A stretch of 64,000 bases of DNA. Source: Paragordius varius (lineage: Eukaryota > Animalia > Nematomorpha). Shown in pieces: positions 25,301 to 39,687 of this stretch. The stretch is from positions 8,680,001-8,744,000 of the forward strand of contig OZ176050.1 in NCBI GenBank assembly GCA_964247055.1, in the 5' to 3' direction. A model generated the notes under the pieces. It was not told where the DNA came from. It saw nothing but the letters and a program-made list of their open reading frames with translations, and ran no database searches. How positions within the stretch are numbered: position 1 is the stretch's first letter; each line of letters starts with the position of its first letter. The position numbers were made by a program, and so were the translations under genes.

Positions 25301-27031
25301 AAGAATTAAAGGTATATTTATATGAAATTTAACTTTTAATGGAAGGAAGGTCCGGGAAACCCTTGTTAAGAAAAAGTAATAACCTTACGACTAAATTGTG
25401 TATAAGAGATATATATTGTCAACCAAGATATAATCCATAATGTGACTAACATAATATATTGTGTTTCCGTCGTGTCACCATAGGGGCTTTTAACAAAGTG
25501 AGCAAAGGTGAATGAAATTAAAATACGAACCAATATTGCATTTTAGAGAATTTCTTGGAGGAGTTTCTACTCATATTTTGGTATTTTTTTATAATATTAA
25601 CTGCAATTCTAAAAATCTTCTATTTAATATAGTTTTAATTAAAAATAAGCTATAATTTCGGTCGCGGCTTTTAATCAAAAACATACCATAAATTATTTGA
25701 TCGGTTAACAAAATGCCTACTATAAAATAAAATATAATCGTTATTAGATTCTATTGTTCCCTAATTTTGGCTTAAATCAATGATATCGGTAAAATAAGCC
25801 TTTTTACCTCTAACAAGTCTTTGAAAGAAAAAAACTTTTCATAACTTTTAATTTATGTGTAATTTTTATAAAATATAAAATATTAAATTATGGTAATCAG
25901 ACATTACGACATACATATCAGTTAATTGTGGTTGACTTAAGAGGATTAATTTTTGACACGAAAAAAAGTAATTCCCTCAATCAATTTAACTTTTGTTTTA
26001 GGCATATAGTGTCTACGGAGTCTAATATCGCTTATATACATATATTATTTTTTTTGTTTTAAATTAGAAAATAATTAATCAATTTTTTTAAAAAAAAAGA
26101 TCAAAGAAAAAATGTAAAAATATTTTGTTTTATAATATGCAAATTTAAAATTTTATATCGAGTGTGATAGTATATTATCATTTTTATGGAGTTAGAATTT
26201 TGTGGCGTTGAATGATTAATGAGTTGATGAAAAAAACTTAAATAAATTAGGAATTAATTTAATAAAATATGGAACCTCAAATTAACACGTTTGATAAAAA
26301 AAATTAAACAAAATCTTCGTGATAATTCGATTTAAAATGTCCAAAAAAACTCTCATTTGGCCTATAAAACAATTAATTATTACAGGGAAAATTTTGAAAC
26401 AAGCATATCATATCACCCTTTTCTTTTCTCTTCCTAAAATTCAGTTATAAAGAACTTATACGGAGTTTCAAAAAAATGTTGTAATTGAGTTGATAAAGGT
26501 TATTAGGCATCCTCTTTTATACTCCTGTAACTCTTGTATTGCATCTTAAAGGAATCAATCCTTTTACAATGTGCAAATATTAGTATACTATGACAAAATG
26601 ATATGATTTGTAGGGCGCTTGACCTTTACTTTGTGTGCGTGGAATGGTAGAGTTAGAACCCTGAAACTGCGCACTTTATCATCAGTCACCCCTGGGCAGT
26701 CTAGTGTTAAAACTTTCTACAAGTCCTGATACAATTTTAGTCTTTACCCAAAAATATGAAAAGAACAAAAGAGACTCTAACTAAACTATACACTTTTTTT
26801 AATAATTATATAATAATAATTGATCATCTATAATGTGGATACTTACATTGGGTTACTTTTTTTCCAATAAATCGGCGGCAGGACAAAATTAATGAATGGT
26901 AAACGGAAATTTCCTCCTTCACACATCATGAAGTTTCGATTATTGTTAATAAATAACATGAATGTCCAAAATACAATGTTGTATAACGGATAAATTGTCG
27001 TTAAAACAAATACTTTTTTAATTAAATTCAT
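18812..27031 (-). CDS. Efn: Ephrin ligand, about 677 aa, 5 exons, with a long low-complexity stalk and a GPI-type hydrophobic C-terminus
   Basis: Exons 27031-26847, 23737-23614, 21819-21642, 20908-20807, 20256-18812 (2034 nt, consistent phases). Ephrin receptor-binding domain: IYWKKSNPIFRIDNTFHIIDVELGDSIDIVCP, VTKEEYDNC, KYTISFRKFSPLPGGLQF, DYYFTTTSSG, GGMCNHAMKVIFKV. Ends HIKYVLVTFAFILFMFLYQ*. Confidence 0.93.
26610..26790 (+). repeat. Dispersed ~180-bp repeat, copy 1 (SINE-like)
   Basis: Shares TAGGGCGC, CCCTGGGCAG, TACAAGTC..GATACAATTT and AAAAGAG.CTCTAA in the same order with 29540-29730. Confidence 0.55.
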
Positions 27032-29539
27032 TTATAAATAAATAAATTATATATTTTTTAGGAATCAAAAAAAAATTGTAATGCGCTATTTTAATGTTAG
27101 CAAAAAAAGATATGAAGATCAAATGTATGAATACAGAGGAAATTTAAAATTCATAATCATGAATAATACAATAGAATACATAATTAATTAAAAAAATTAA
27201 TCCTTTTACACCACATTAGATATACAGAAGTCATCATTTATTAAAATTAATATGACGACACATTTGGCGTTATTTTATTAAATTTGGGTATTATTTAAAT
27301 CCATATCAAATGCAAAATATAGATATATGCAGAGTTAGAATAAAATATAAAAGTTTAACTAACATAAGTGGTGGTCGAAGAAGCGATAATTAAAAATCGA
27401 TTAATGATTATACAATAATAATTTTTTATGCGCGACACAAAAAATAGTTTGTGGAGATTGCAAACAAATAATAGAGAAGTTTATAAATTATATTATGTAT
27501 AGTTTATGGTGATGGATTATAAAAAACCTGGAAATAATATACTTTCAAAATTTTTAATCACCTTTAATTACAAAACTGATAATATATTACGTTTTTTTAA
27601 TAAAACAGTTAATTAGGAACCAATTATGCTGAATTATTTATAGACGTTATATATAGATAAATTTTGCAACTTTATGACGATATAAAACATACAAGTGGTC
27701 AAGAATTTTAATTTTTTTTGGGATTCGATTGAAAGAAGTGGATGACGCGAAAACATAAATAAAATAAAAATAAACTACTTTGTTTCTTTAGCTAAAAATA
27801 AAACAACAGTTATTGAATACAAATAGTTTTCTACTACCAGTAGTTGTGACAAAGAATTGAGATAACAATAATAAGTGATGATGATGTTAACATTATATTA
27901 TTTCTAAACTTTTTAAGAGTATCCTTGTGTGACGCTATATTTTTCATAACTAATTGCACGCACCAAATTATTCAAAAACAGTAAGTATATATGCATATAA
28001 CTATTTAACGCAATGATTAATATATAATATATTTTTCAAAAATATTTTTGGTGACACACACATTAGTCGAATATCAGAATAAAAGAAAGCAGGACAATGG
28101 TATAGAATCAAAAAGTTTGTTCCGATGCCGAAGGAAAAATTGTTCGGAATAGAAAAAAATGTTTAAAAAGACTGAAAATAATATATTAGTGCGTCTTTCA
28201 AAAAAATTAACAAGTGTGATGATATGCTTTGTAGTGTGTATGTTTGTGTGGTCTTCTTTGATTCATAAATATGTAATATTATTTTATATGATGGAGAAAA
28301 GGTACAAATTTATAAATTATATATAATATATTGTTAAAAGAATGACAAATTTTTATTTATTATGCGTTTTTTCTTTAAAACACATTTTCAATAATTACTC
28401 TATAGGACTACTTAATTAGGGGAAGTACATTACATATAAAAGATAAATATTGATTCAAAGATTGGACAAATATTATCACCTTTTTAAATATGATAATAAA
28501 AATATTAAATTTATTAATAAAGAGAGTCATACAAATTGTAATAAAATTAAAACAAATTCCTTTGCCATAAATATTATTTAACACATCCGCCCATTTAGGG
28601 GGATGTTGAAAAATGTAAATATAACAGAATAAGTTATGTAGATGACAGGAGAAACGTGCTACAAACAATAATATGGTAGAAATATTTTAGATATTTTAAA
28701 TTACATTTCTTTTGAAGGAATAAATATAGTAGCAATGTATTAATTTTGGCTTAGGATACTAATTCAGACGACTTTAGAAAGCTACAATTTGTTAAATGAA
28801 ATTAAATAAAACTTACCAAAAATATTAAAAATAAATGTTTTCATTAGCGTAATAGATAATTATAAAACGCTTGAATGTTTATAAATTCGAAAATTTTCGC
28901 TTCATTATAAGCTGGTGTATTAGAACTAAAATGAAATTAATGAGAAAAATATATTTTTTATAGTTGATGGTAGAGAATTAAAGATATTAACGGACATGAT
29001 TAACGACACCTTTTAATTTAAAATCTTATTTTATAGTTTGTAATATAATGAATGGGCTATATGATAAAATTAATTTTAGCGGTAATTCATTAAAATTGAT
29101 GTTTGAATATAACGGAGCAACAAAATTAGCACCTGGGTGCCGTTATTTATATTAATGGATCCCAAAAAAGGGATTATATTATAAACATTTTAAATCCCCG
29201 GATTAGGATACTGCTAGAAACTTTTATGCACATCATGCAACTATTAGATTAATTATCCTACTCTATGCAAAGATAATGGATCATACCGATAAAATAAATT
29301 GCCTGAAAAGTTAAGGCCCCTAATTTCGTTTATATATGCGACGATTTATATTCGAGTGTCTTTTATTTTGTGTTTATCCACTCAAAGGGTAACAAATCAA
29401 AAGCTTTGAAAGCTAAGATCATATCGGTTTGTTAGATGAATAATGACCAAGATGAAGATTATAAGAATGCGCACATTAGAATTAAAACACAAAATAATTA
29501 AATATGCGTTTTGGCTATTTGGTGTTGTGAAGTTAAAAG

Positions 29540-29730
29540 CGTGAAGGTATAGTAGGTAGGGCGCGGGTCTCTTACACTGCGTGTCAAGAGTGCCAGAGTT
29601 CAAATTACAAATATAAGCAAATTTTTTCATCATTACTGTCAGCCCTGGGCAGGCGAGCGTTAAAGCCTTTACAAGTCTAGATACAATTTAAGTCCTTATC
29701 CATTAACTAAAGGGAAAAAAGAGGCTCTAA
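29540..29730 (+). repeat. Dispersed ~180-bp repeat, copy 2 (possible tRNA-derived SINE)
   Basis: Homologous to 26610-26790; 5' part has A-box-like TATAGTAGGTAGGG and B-box-like GAGTTCAAAT. Confidence 0.5.
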
Positions 29731-30673
29731 ACAGTGGTACTCACCAAAAATATTTGACGGGCGGAATAAAATATTTTTTTTCTAAATATGACAAATATTG
29801 CTTAACTCTGAAACAAAGCGGATATTTATTCTAAAGTACATCGAGTGTATAAATCGCAGCCACATGCCTCTAGTGTTAATAGATAAATTTACATCTTTTA
29901 ATAAATTATTAATATTAATTAAATAAATTTGGTTTAATAATCTTAACAAGCTATTCTAAATATTTCATTGTTCAATACGACGCCTCGAATGGGTAAATCG
30001 TGGGCAAAGCAGCAAGGAAAAACATGCGTGATAATAATAAAACATTTTAATTTTTATTTATGCGGTAACAACATTTTTAATTTTCCCCTTTATAATTATC
30101 AATGTAATACTTAGTAAATATTTTGATTTGACCAAGTGACAGGAATGAGAGAGCACAATCAAATTTATGCCTTATTTTTCCAATTATCAATTACATCTCT
30201 TTTTTTGTATAAAAGATAACTGAAAAACTTTGTTTTCACCATAAAATTTTTTTTGCGGTATATAAAAACAGGGTCTACAACTTAAAAACAGCATAACTTG
30301 ATGCTGCTTTCCTTCAGTAAATGTATCTTGGAAGCGTTTATTTTTACCAATATGTAAACTGATACTTGAGAAATATTTCATTATACTCACAAATACAACT
30401 ACTAAATTTCCTAAAATATATTCAGTTTTTAAATGTTTTATAATCACCTATGACTAACTTATTTATACAAAAAAGACAAAAGGGATTTTGGATATTTAGT
30501 TTGCTAACCGACAACCACCCGTCCTTTTAGGAGTATTCCATGTTACATTGAAATAAGCTTCGCTCATATTTACTTATACATCACTAGTTATAATTATCTT
30601 GAAATTTGATTTCTTATTTAAGTCTGAATGAATGCATCCAAATATTATGTATATATATATATATATATATATC

Positions 30674-30948
30674 CCATTTACAATTCGAATTCACCCTTGA
30701 ACAATTTAAATTTACCCTAAAAATAAATTATGTGTTTCATGAGAAATATATTATTATAGCATAGTTAAATGTTTTTTCAGTATTATATTTTTTAAACGAA
30801 ATTTCATTTTTAAAAAATATAAAAAAATATAGGTAATCTTTAATCTTATAAAACACATAATTTATTTTAGGGTGAATTTGAATTGACAAGGGTGAATTCA
30901 AATTGATCAAGGGTGAATTTATATTTAAGGGTTTTGAACTGGAAATGG
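30674..30948. mobile_element. CCATTTAC-family MITE beside a (TA)n tract
   Basis: CCATTTACAATTCGAATTCACCCTT...GGGTGAATT x3...AAATGG|TATATATA; left flank is a (TA)n run. Confidence 0.85.
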
Positions 30949-33900
30949 TATATATATAAATATAGATATAACATGTGCACAGATATTTTTATAATAATCT
31001 TTTCAATAAATGGATCCCTCTAATCATCGATTTCATCAAAATTTTAACAGAGCGTTTTGAAATTGGTATATCCAATATATCAAAATCAATATTTTAAACG
31101 TAGCAATCATAATAATATTTCTGGTAATAACAATCAATAAAAAATTGGTAATGGTAATCTAAAAAACGAGACAATATTTCGAAAATTTGAGTGGATATTA
31201 GATAAGGTAGTGGTAGTCAATAGTTTTTATATTGATTCCATACATATATAGTAAAGTTTTTATATAAGCAAAAGAAAGACTTGACAGAACAAAGTATAAT
31301 GTATGGCCATAGAAAATAATAATCAATTTCTTTCAATCTCGCAGAGTTAGTTATATTACTCATGAAATGAATTAGATTGGATTACTAGCTATTGATTCAG
31401 ATATAGGTTAAGACAGATTCTTATTCGTATTTACAAATAATATTTTCTAATGGTATCTATAAAATAATATAAAATAAATCATGTATGCTTTGCCAATATA
31501 AATTTGTTAATAATTGGATCTTTGAAACAATTTTTTAAAAAACGCTTAGGCCTTTCTATTCAATAAAGGCTAACCAACTTTGACTTTTTTCAATGCACCC
31601 ATGATAATTTGGTTACCTTAATTATGCTTGACTACCAAACTACTTTCAAGTGATATTCAAGTCATCTGGAAGTTTAATTTAATGGTTAATTTTATTTAGA
31701 TTTATTAATGTTTCGATAGCCAATATTTGATAATAATAAGCTCCACACTTAATTAGCCCAAAACAGTTAAAGTTTTCAACCCCATTTTAAATTGCTCAAA
31801 ATATTCAAATTTTGAATCCTTATAATTAGTTATTAAAATTGGTAATACATATACTCAAAAAATTACGATCAACGCAGGAATCAAAATACGTTAATTAATA
31901 TTTGTACCATGTTACTTATTTCACAACTGTCAGTATTATGAATATATATTTTAATGAAAGGATGGTTCAGAAACAAAAATTGGTCCCCTATCATCTAAAG
32001 CTAGTAAATAGAGTGTTTTATAAAATTTAATCAAGTTTTTTTTTAATTGGTGGAAAAATGTGATATTTCACAGCTACACAAAATTTAATTAAAATAGCAT
32101 ACAAAAAAACTAACAAAAAATAAAAAAATGAAATCAATGTACAGAATTGTGTTTTTTAGTAAGTTATCCTTCATGTTTCGTTTAGATCTAAAGAAATAAA
32201 GCAGATACCTTTAATAATTGGTAGAATAAATACTGTCAAAATACACCATATAATTCACTCTTTTTGATTCAATTTAATATCCACTATTTAGGTAATTAGG
32301 CTAGCTTCCTATCTTTCCGAATAGTAAAGCATGGATAAAATAAAATTTTTAATTTTTAGAAGCTTTAAATTGTAACCTTACTAATTATAATCAGAATTTT
32401 ACCTAACAAAGGTGTATTTCTTTTAAATTTCAATCAATTATAGAACCTTACTATTTTTGAACATAAATATTTCAAAATTATACCAACAAATTATTGAGTT
32501 GTGCCTAAAAGTAAAGCGTCTAAAACAAAAACCATTTTTATTAATTGAAGTTAAATATACATCAATATATTTTCGCAAAATTTGCATACGAATATAAATT
32601 TTCAACTAAATATCAGTTCTGTCTAAAACGCTTAGTTTGACTAGCTATTTTTCTAAAAAACATGTGATTAACCTAATTAGTACCTGAGATGGAAATTTAA
32701 TTCTCCCTTTCATTACCGAACGGGTTATTCATATATATTATAATAAAAAAATTAGTAACCAAGCGTTTTGCCAAAACTATACTATATTTTAGAAATTACA
32801 ATTTTTAACACAAAACAAATTTTTTTTAAAATATGAAATTCTTTATATGCAACATGCCCCGATTCTTTTTAAATTTTGAAAGCTAATAAGTATCTATTCA
32901 AAAATATTAAATTTAAAAAATAATTTTTGACCCAAACATCATTATTTGATGAAGCTGAACATTTATCTATAATTTTAGGATTTAATCACCCAAATTAAAT
33001 TTAAATATAAATCGCGTTTCATACAAAAAAATCTACCTAAAATTTAAGGTATTTTTCCTTTTATCTTTATATATCAATCACCTATTAAATCCTTAAAACA
33101 ATTTAGCTGCAATTAAAATATTGTTATATCTTTAACTATAACAAAGGGCATACATTGTTAGAATGGGCAAAAAATTAAAATATTTTATAAAATCTAGTAG
33201 AACATATATAATATACCATTTTTAATAACGAATTTTATTACATAATATTTTTTATGGTAATTATCTGGTTTAAATATTAAATGCTAAAATTATGCAAATT
33301 ATTCCTAGCTAAAGTGGAAGTTAATTGGTAATGTGTTTAAATTTGTTTAATAATAAAATTTAACTACATAGGACATCAAAAATGATAAACATGAAATAAT
33401 AAGTTATCGATAAATTACAAAAAAATAGCCATTTAAAGATCTTAATTAATGATTTTTATCTAATATTTATTGTGTGCTTGATCTAAATTTCCAATTATCA
33501 TTTATATTATATGAATTAACTTTAATTATGTTTTTAATACATTTAACGATAAAAATTTTATATTCAAAGTAATTCTTTGACCCAACTAACTTTTAATTCC
33601 CATCATACTTAATATGTTGATTATTTTTATATTTCAAGAGTAAGTATGGGTTTATCCAATATCTGTACTTTAACACATTAATACGGTCTAATTATTTTGC
33701 CTTTAAACTCGGTATTTTATCGATTTAAATATATTTACATTTAAGATCATCATTTTTTTCATTCATGTTAATAATTTTTACATAACACCTTTTCATTTAA
33801 CTTCAACGATATATGAATTTTATTTAGGTGACTAAGCTAATACAAAAAAGTAAATGGTTAAAATACATTAATCACTATCAAACAGTTTTAAAGGTTCTCC

Positions 33901-36900
33901 GAAAAATGCTTTAAAGCCAATAGTTTAAGCTGGGGTTGACAGGGGCTAATTTTAAATTAGATAGCGGCAATAATAAAGGATGGGGTCACATATTGGAAAT
34001 GCTTAATATATAATTATTTCTTATTTAAAAGCTTGTATTACATATGGCGCTTTATTTGAGGATTATACCTACCATAATGAGTTTTTTCCCATACGTTCCC
34101 AAAAACTATTGAACTCATTTATTTTATTTACAATACTAATAAATTATAATGTTAAGTTTTTTTGTTTCACAGGTTATCAGGGGTATCGAAAGTATATTTT
34201 TAGGATTCCATAAAACTTAACAGAAATGACAGGGTTTTTATTATAAAACATATTTTTATATTCTTCTATTTTGACCAATATGTAAGAAATAATAATCCCC
34301 TAAACTATTGATATCTAATTTGGATTTATTACTAATTTTTTGTCATATTTAAAATATCGTTATTTAGTTAATCAAATCAAATCAAATGTAACAAACTATA
34401 ATATCGAACTAAGTTAATGAAATATGCGTGATGAATTATAGTTCTGACTTATTAAAAAATAAATGTTTCATAAAATATCATTATAACTGCCAAATATATA
34501 TTTAAACTTGTTCAGTTAATTTTAATTTAATTATGACACGGATTTCATTTCATATATATTGCTAATTAGTTTTAAAATAAAAGAATTTTACACGATATTG
34601 AACGGTTAAAGACTATAAGATAATTACGGGTATGCCATATTTGACATCTAAAAATATATGATTGTTTTATTGTCAAATTAAAAATTGTTTTAGCCTATAT
34701 TAATATCTCTTAATCAATCAATCAATCAAGTTATCATTTTTATTTTTAAGTCGACACTAAATTTATCATAATAGCTAGCTAGCACTTTCACAAAATTTAT
34801 AAAAACTACTGTGAGTAATAAAAAATGAATAAAATAGTTAACAGAGTAAGCAGCACTTACAGTTTATTTTTATGGTTCCAAACCAAGGACGGTAATTTAG
34901 CCATTAAAATTATTGGTAGAAGAAATGTGGAAATTAATGTAGTATTGTACAGTAACGTAGGTAAACAATTAACTTTCATTTTTTTATACAAGTTAGTATG
35001 GGGAGACTAGATAGCTATTCTCAATAAAAAAATTTCTCTAATCATCTATATTTGGTACTGGAATGATATAATGTGGATCATTGGGCACATAAGGTGTCAT
35101 CTAAATATCTAGAATATAATTATAGTTTATTAAACTGATTTAATTAACTTTAAAAGCCGGTCAGTTTTTTTTGAATATGCACCTTATATTGATTATATAT
35201 ATGAGCATTCCATTAATTTATATTATTAACATTATTCTATAATAGTTAATTTTACAGATCCAAAATATAACCCTGTGAGGAGTGCTTTAAACAATGAAAT
35301 AAAACCAGTATCAAAATGGTTCTGTTAATACTTTTCTAGTTACGGTTATATACATGGTTTTGTTTCAAATGGTGACGAAAATGTGGTCAAATATCCAAAA
35401 ATTTTTATACAAATGACTGCATTCTGGTTCTTATATGAAGTCTTATAAAATGGTTAATCTTTTACAATAATAAAACTCATATAGAAAAAATATAGGTTTA
35501 TTCATTCGATTTTCGCTATTAAATGTGCCAAATCTAGGGTCAAAAATTTAGATATCCTGTTTTTGTATTTTTTGTCATAACCCACTAACGTTCAGAATTC
35601 TAAAAAATTAGGGTTATGTTAAATATAAGGAAAACAAACATAAAAACTGATTACAAGGAGTGCTGTTTTTTAAAATTCGCTATAAAATTATTTATGAATC
35701 TAAATAGCTAAAAATTTGTGAAACATTAGAAAAATACATAATTTATATATTTTAATTAGGCTTCGACATTTTCATAGTTAAGCACCTAAAATTTAAAAGG
35801 TTTTTTGAAAAATTTGCATATGGGATTAAAGAATTTTAGGTAAAACATTATTTTTGTTCAAGATAGCTTTCTTGCATACTTGATTTTTAACTTTTCGCAT
35901 GTGATCAATACGTTCGGTACCCAAGAAAGAAAATATAAGCCTTTTAAATAATTCATAATTCTATATTTATACTTTAAATGTAAAGATAAGTTTAAATTTT
36001 AATTATGTAATGTTATCTGATAAAAAACTTTTCTTTATTTTCCATTTCAGGTACCGAACGGGTTAATCACATAGTAAAAAAATCTGAGTGTACAAACCGT
36101 TTTTCAGTGATATTTACTAGGCAATTTTGTGAGATACCTTTTATATTATTAAAAAAATCAACTTTAGGCATATTACACACTTATTTATAATAGCCAATTT
36201 ACTATTATATATTTGCAAAGTTTAGCCATTTTGATTCATAAATAAAATTTTTATAACATAAATAGCAGTGACTACTTATTTTGGGGTTTATATTTTATGT
36301 ATACAACATCATTCCCATTTTTTTCAAATATTAAAAGCTGGTGATTTCTTTACACAAAAATACGAAAATTGAAAAAGCTACATTTTGAATTTGGCACACT
36401 ATAATATCGAATATTGATTTTAATTTATACGTTTTAGGATGCAATTTTTTATAAAAGTTAATTCAGAATCCCAAACATTTAAGAAGCAAACGCACTGCCT
36501 TAAATTGAACCTTAATTCGCCAAAGAGTTGATCAGATAGTGGCTATTTTAACATTTAATGAACGGTAATTTTAAAATTTTAACAAATATTTATTATAATA
36601 TTAGGTATGGAAATGTCAAAACACTCAATGTTAATAGCATTATTATGTCAAAATTTGAGAAAGTGCTAAACTTTTAAAGTTTAATATTATTGAGGCTAAC
36701 TTTTTTATGTAAATGGAATGCTATAATAAAAATTAAGCGAATTTGAAGTAATTCTAAAATGCAGCTGGCGTATTTTGGTTATTTGCATCTATTATATGGC
36801 GTTGTGTCCCGATTTTCGGTAGAAAAGTTCACTATTTCGCTGTATTTGAAAAAATAAGCAGGACTTAGAAATTTGACTATGCATGTACAATTTATTAAGT

Positions 36901-38433
36901 GGTCGCATCAAATAAACTCCTATTGCTTTATTTTTCGGATATATTTAAAATTTATTTGATATTACAATGGAGTTTCCTCAATTTGAGATTTAATTATATT
37001 ACTTTGTTGCGTTATTTGTTGGTTATAATAAAAAACGAATATTTCGTGTTAACTCGAATTTTGTTATATTTCCCCTATTACTATATAAATAAATGAACCT
37101 AGATTCAGATTTGAAATATAAATTATTTTTTTCAATTGTTTTTCAGTCACAATCAGCCGCGACAACTTCTTTTAAGGTTTTTAGGATATTAATAATATTT
37201 TTTAAATTAGATTGTTAGGCATTTATGATAAATAATCAATTAAGTTGATAAAAAATCATTAATCTTGAATGTTTTTCATATAAACCGTATCAATAATTAT
37301 AGGATGAGTTAATGATAAATATTGAGTACCTGTTGGGAATAACTGTCGTCATAAGCAATATATGTTTGCTGATATGTTAAAAACATCTTTGGATTTTTAA
37401 AATATAGGAATCTTCCGGTTTTTTGTTAAATGAAACAAAAATTGAGATAACGTTAATTTTATATTATTAAATGATGTTAATAGTAATAAGAATAATAATA
37501 AATCCATCCATAAAAATACAGGGATTAAGCCTTAGAGATTATATTATTACACACACACACAGTTATGAAAATTAAATTTATGGTTTTTTAATGAACAATA
37601 AAAAACCTTGTGTATCTTTTTTCAAATATATAATTAAATTAGATTGCTTTTTAAGAATTCCATATCCGAAAATTATATATATATATATATATAATACTGG
37701 AATAATTAACGGGGAAAAGTGTTATTATATTGACCTAATCAACCTGATATTTTAAGCTTTGATATTAATGGTTATACAATAAATTTACAATGTCCTAAAT
37801 TTAATGGTAATCCCATTATTTAAATAATTGAAAAGCTATTAATGGCAGCATTTGATTGATTTGTTTGTTATTGCCATTTTTGAAAAATATTTTTTTACTG
37901 CAATCATCAAGGACACACATACAAATTATTAAAATAGAAAAATTATGTTACTTTTAACGGAAAACGAAAAGCATTTTTTCTTCGCAAATTCCCGGGAGTT
38001 CAATTAAAGTTGTTCCCATATATCAGAAAACATTCATGCATAAAGGCAAAATCCATAAAGTTTATTAAGGTGCTTTATAACATTTAAAACATATTAAATT
38101 GATTATATTGTAGTTAAAATTATTAATACCCGAATATATTAAAATTTATGATAATTTACCTAATTCCGAATCCGTTCTGGATGGATATTATAAAAAATCA
38201 GCACCAATAATTTTCTTCAAATTTTTATCAATCGTATTTAAACAAATACATGTACATTTATAAATCAGATAAACTGGTACGGTGAAAAAGGCTGTGATTT
38301 TATTAAGATTATATTTTAAAGTTGTTAACAGTTAATCTCGCCTATTAAACAATCACTTATTATTAGCACAGTTGTTCGTAAATGTTATTATAATAATTAT
38401 TATTATCTTTTATTATGGTTTAATTAATGATAT

Positions 38434-39579
38434 ATGTTGCAATATGATTTTATAATGGGGAATTTTAATTCAGCCCTTGGGCCAACAGTCGATGATAAAT
38501 CGATTCAAACAGAAAACAATTATGTTGACAAGGGTGTGCGAACAAGCTCAAACTTAGGTGATGTGAGTCTCACAAATTTTGGCAGTACAGATCAACAAGA
38601 TTCCATTCTATCGGATATGTTTAGGAAAGTTAAAAATATAAAACGTAAATCACAAAAACCTTCGCTCACCCCATCATCGGCAAATGAACCCATATCAATA
38701 ACAACAACCGGAGCAACAACGAAAGAAACTGTGAATGGAAGGAAAAATAGTAAGAGCCAGATGTTAGCCCCAAAAGATTCATTGACCGAGGTTAAATCTA
38801 TAATATTTGACCCAAACATACCCATTCCCGTTATAACTATGAAATCAAACGAAGATATTGAAGTAACGGCCCAACTTTCTAATTCGTTTGGGGGATTTGA
38901 AGCTGAAATTATTAGGGAAGTTGCCCAAAATCGAACGAGCATAAGTAAGAAAGAGATGAAAAAGCCATTGACACCCAACAGTTTGTCGACAAAAAAGGAA
39001 AAAACGGTGTCAAACATAATAGTAAATAAAAATAAAATGGATATCAGCCCAAAGGCCAAAAAAACCGTTACCATTGGTGACAATACCGATGATGACGCCA
39101 TATTTCATATGGAGGATCCAGGAATAATTGAGGCAAAAACAGAAACTATACTCGAATCCAAAATAAATGAGCCTACAGCACCTATTTCTGTCACCACAAC
39201 TGACCCTAAACAAACAAGCGAAAAACGTAAGGTTGATGCATCTTTTCTCAAGCGCGATGCTGACTTACCAGCCGCTAATGTAGTAGCAAATACATCCATA
39301 AAAAATGATACTATACAATTAGTTATAAATACGGAAAAACAAGTTAAATTGAATGAAAACGAAGATTGTAAAATAGAGATGAAAAATACTTTAACGTCAA
39401 GTGTATTAACTGATACTAAACCCGCACAAACCAATGAAACAAAAAGTAATAATGACGACAATGATATAAAAAACAAAACTTCACCAAGAAATAGTCCAAA
39501 TAAAGAATTAAAAGATGATACGGCCCATACAAATGAAAAAGAAAGCAAAAAAGATACAAGTAATATCAAGTTAACGTAA
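38434..39579 (+). CDS. Orphan Lys/Thr/Ser/Asn-rich, probably disordered protein (381 codons; single exon, or terminal exon of a larger gene)
   Basis: 1146-nt stop-free frame in very AT-rich DNA, polar and charged composition, no recognisable domain. An in-frame second ATG (38455) gives MGNFNS; a possible acceptor TTTTAATTCAG ends at 38473. Confidence 0.75.
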   Translation: MLQYDFIMGNFNSALGPTVDDKSIQTENNYVDKGVRTSSNLGDVSLTNFGSTDQQDSILSDMFRKVKNIKRKSQKPSLTPSSANEPISITTTGATTKETVNGRKNSKSQMLAPKDSLTEVKSIIFDPNIPIPVITMKSNEDIEVTAQLSNSFGGFEAEIIREVAQNRTSISKKEMKKPLTPNSLSTKKEKTVSNIIVNKNKMDISPKAKKTVTIGDNTDDDAIFHMEDPGIIEAKTETILESKINEPTAPISVTTTDPKQTSEKRKVDASFLKRDADLPAANVVANTSIKNDTIQLVINTEKQVKLNENEDCKIEMKNTLTSSVLTDTKPAQTNETKSNNDDNDIKNKTSPRNSPNKELKDDTAHTNEKESKKDTSNIKLT

Positions 39580-39687
39580 ATATAATAAATAATAATTTAT
39601 TTAATCTAGCAAATATTTGGTTGATTCAGATATGTATAAATAAATAAATAATAAATAAATATATATGCGTTGTATATTTCATTGATA

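Noticed and set aside
38592-39569. 169-aa, 154-aa and 67-aa minus-strand hydrophobic ORFs
   Set aside because: Antisense shadows of the Lys/Thr/Glu-rich plus ORF (AAA/GAA read as Phe/Ser/Leu); not membrane proteins.
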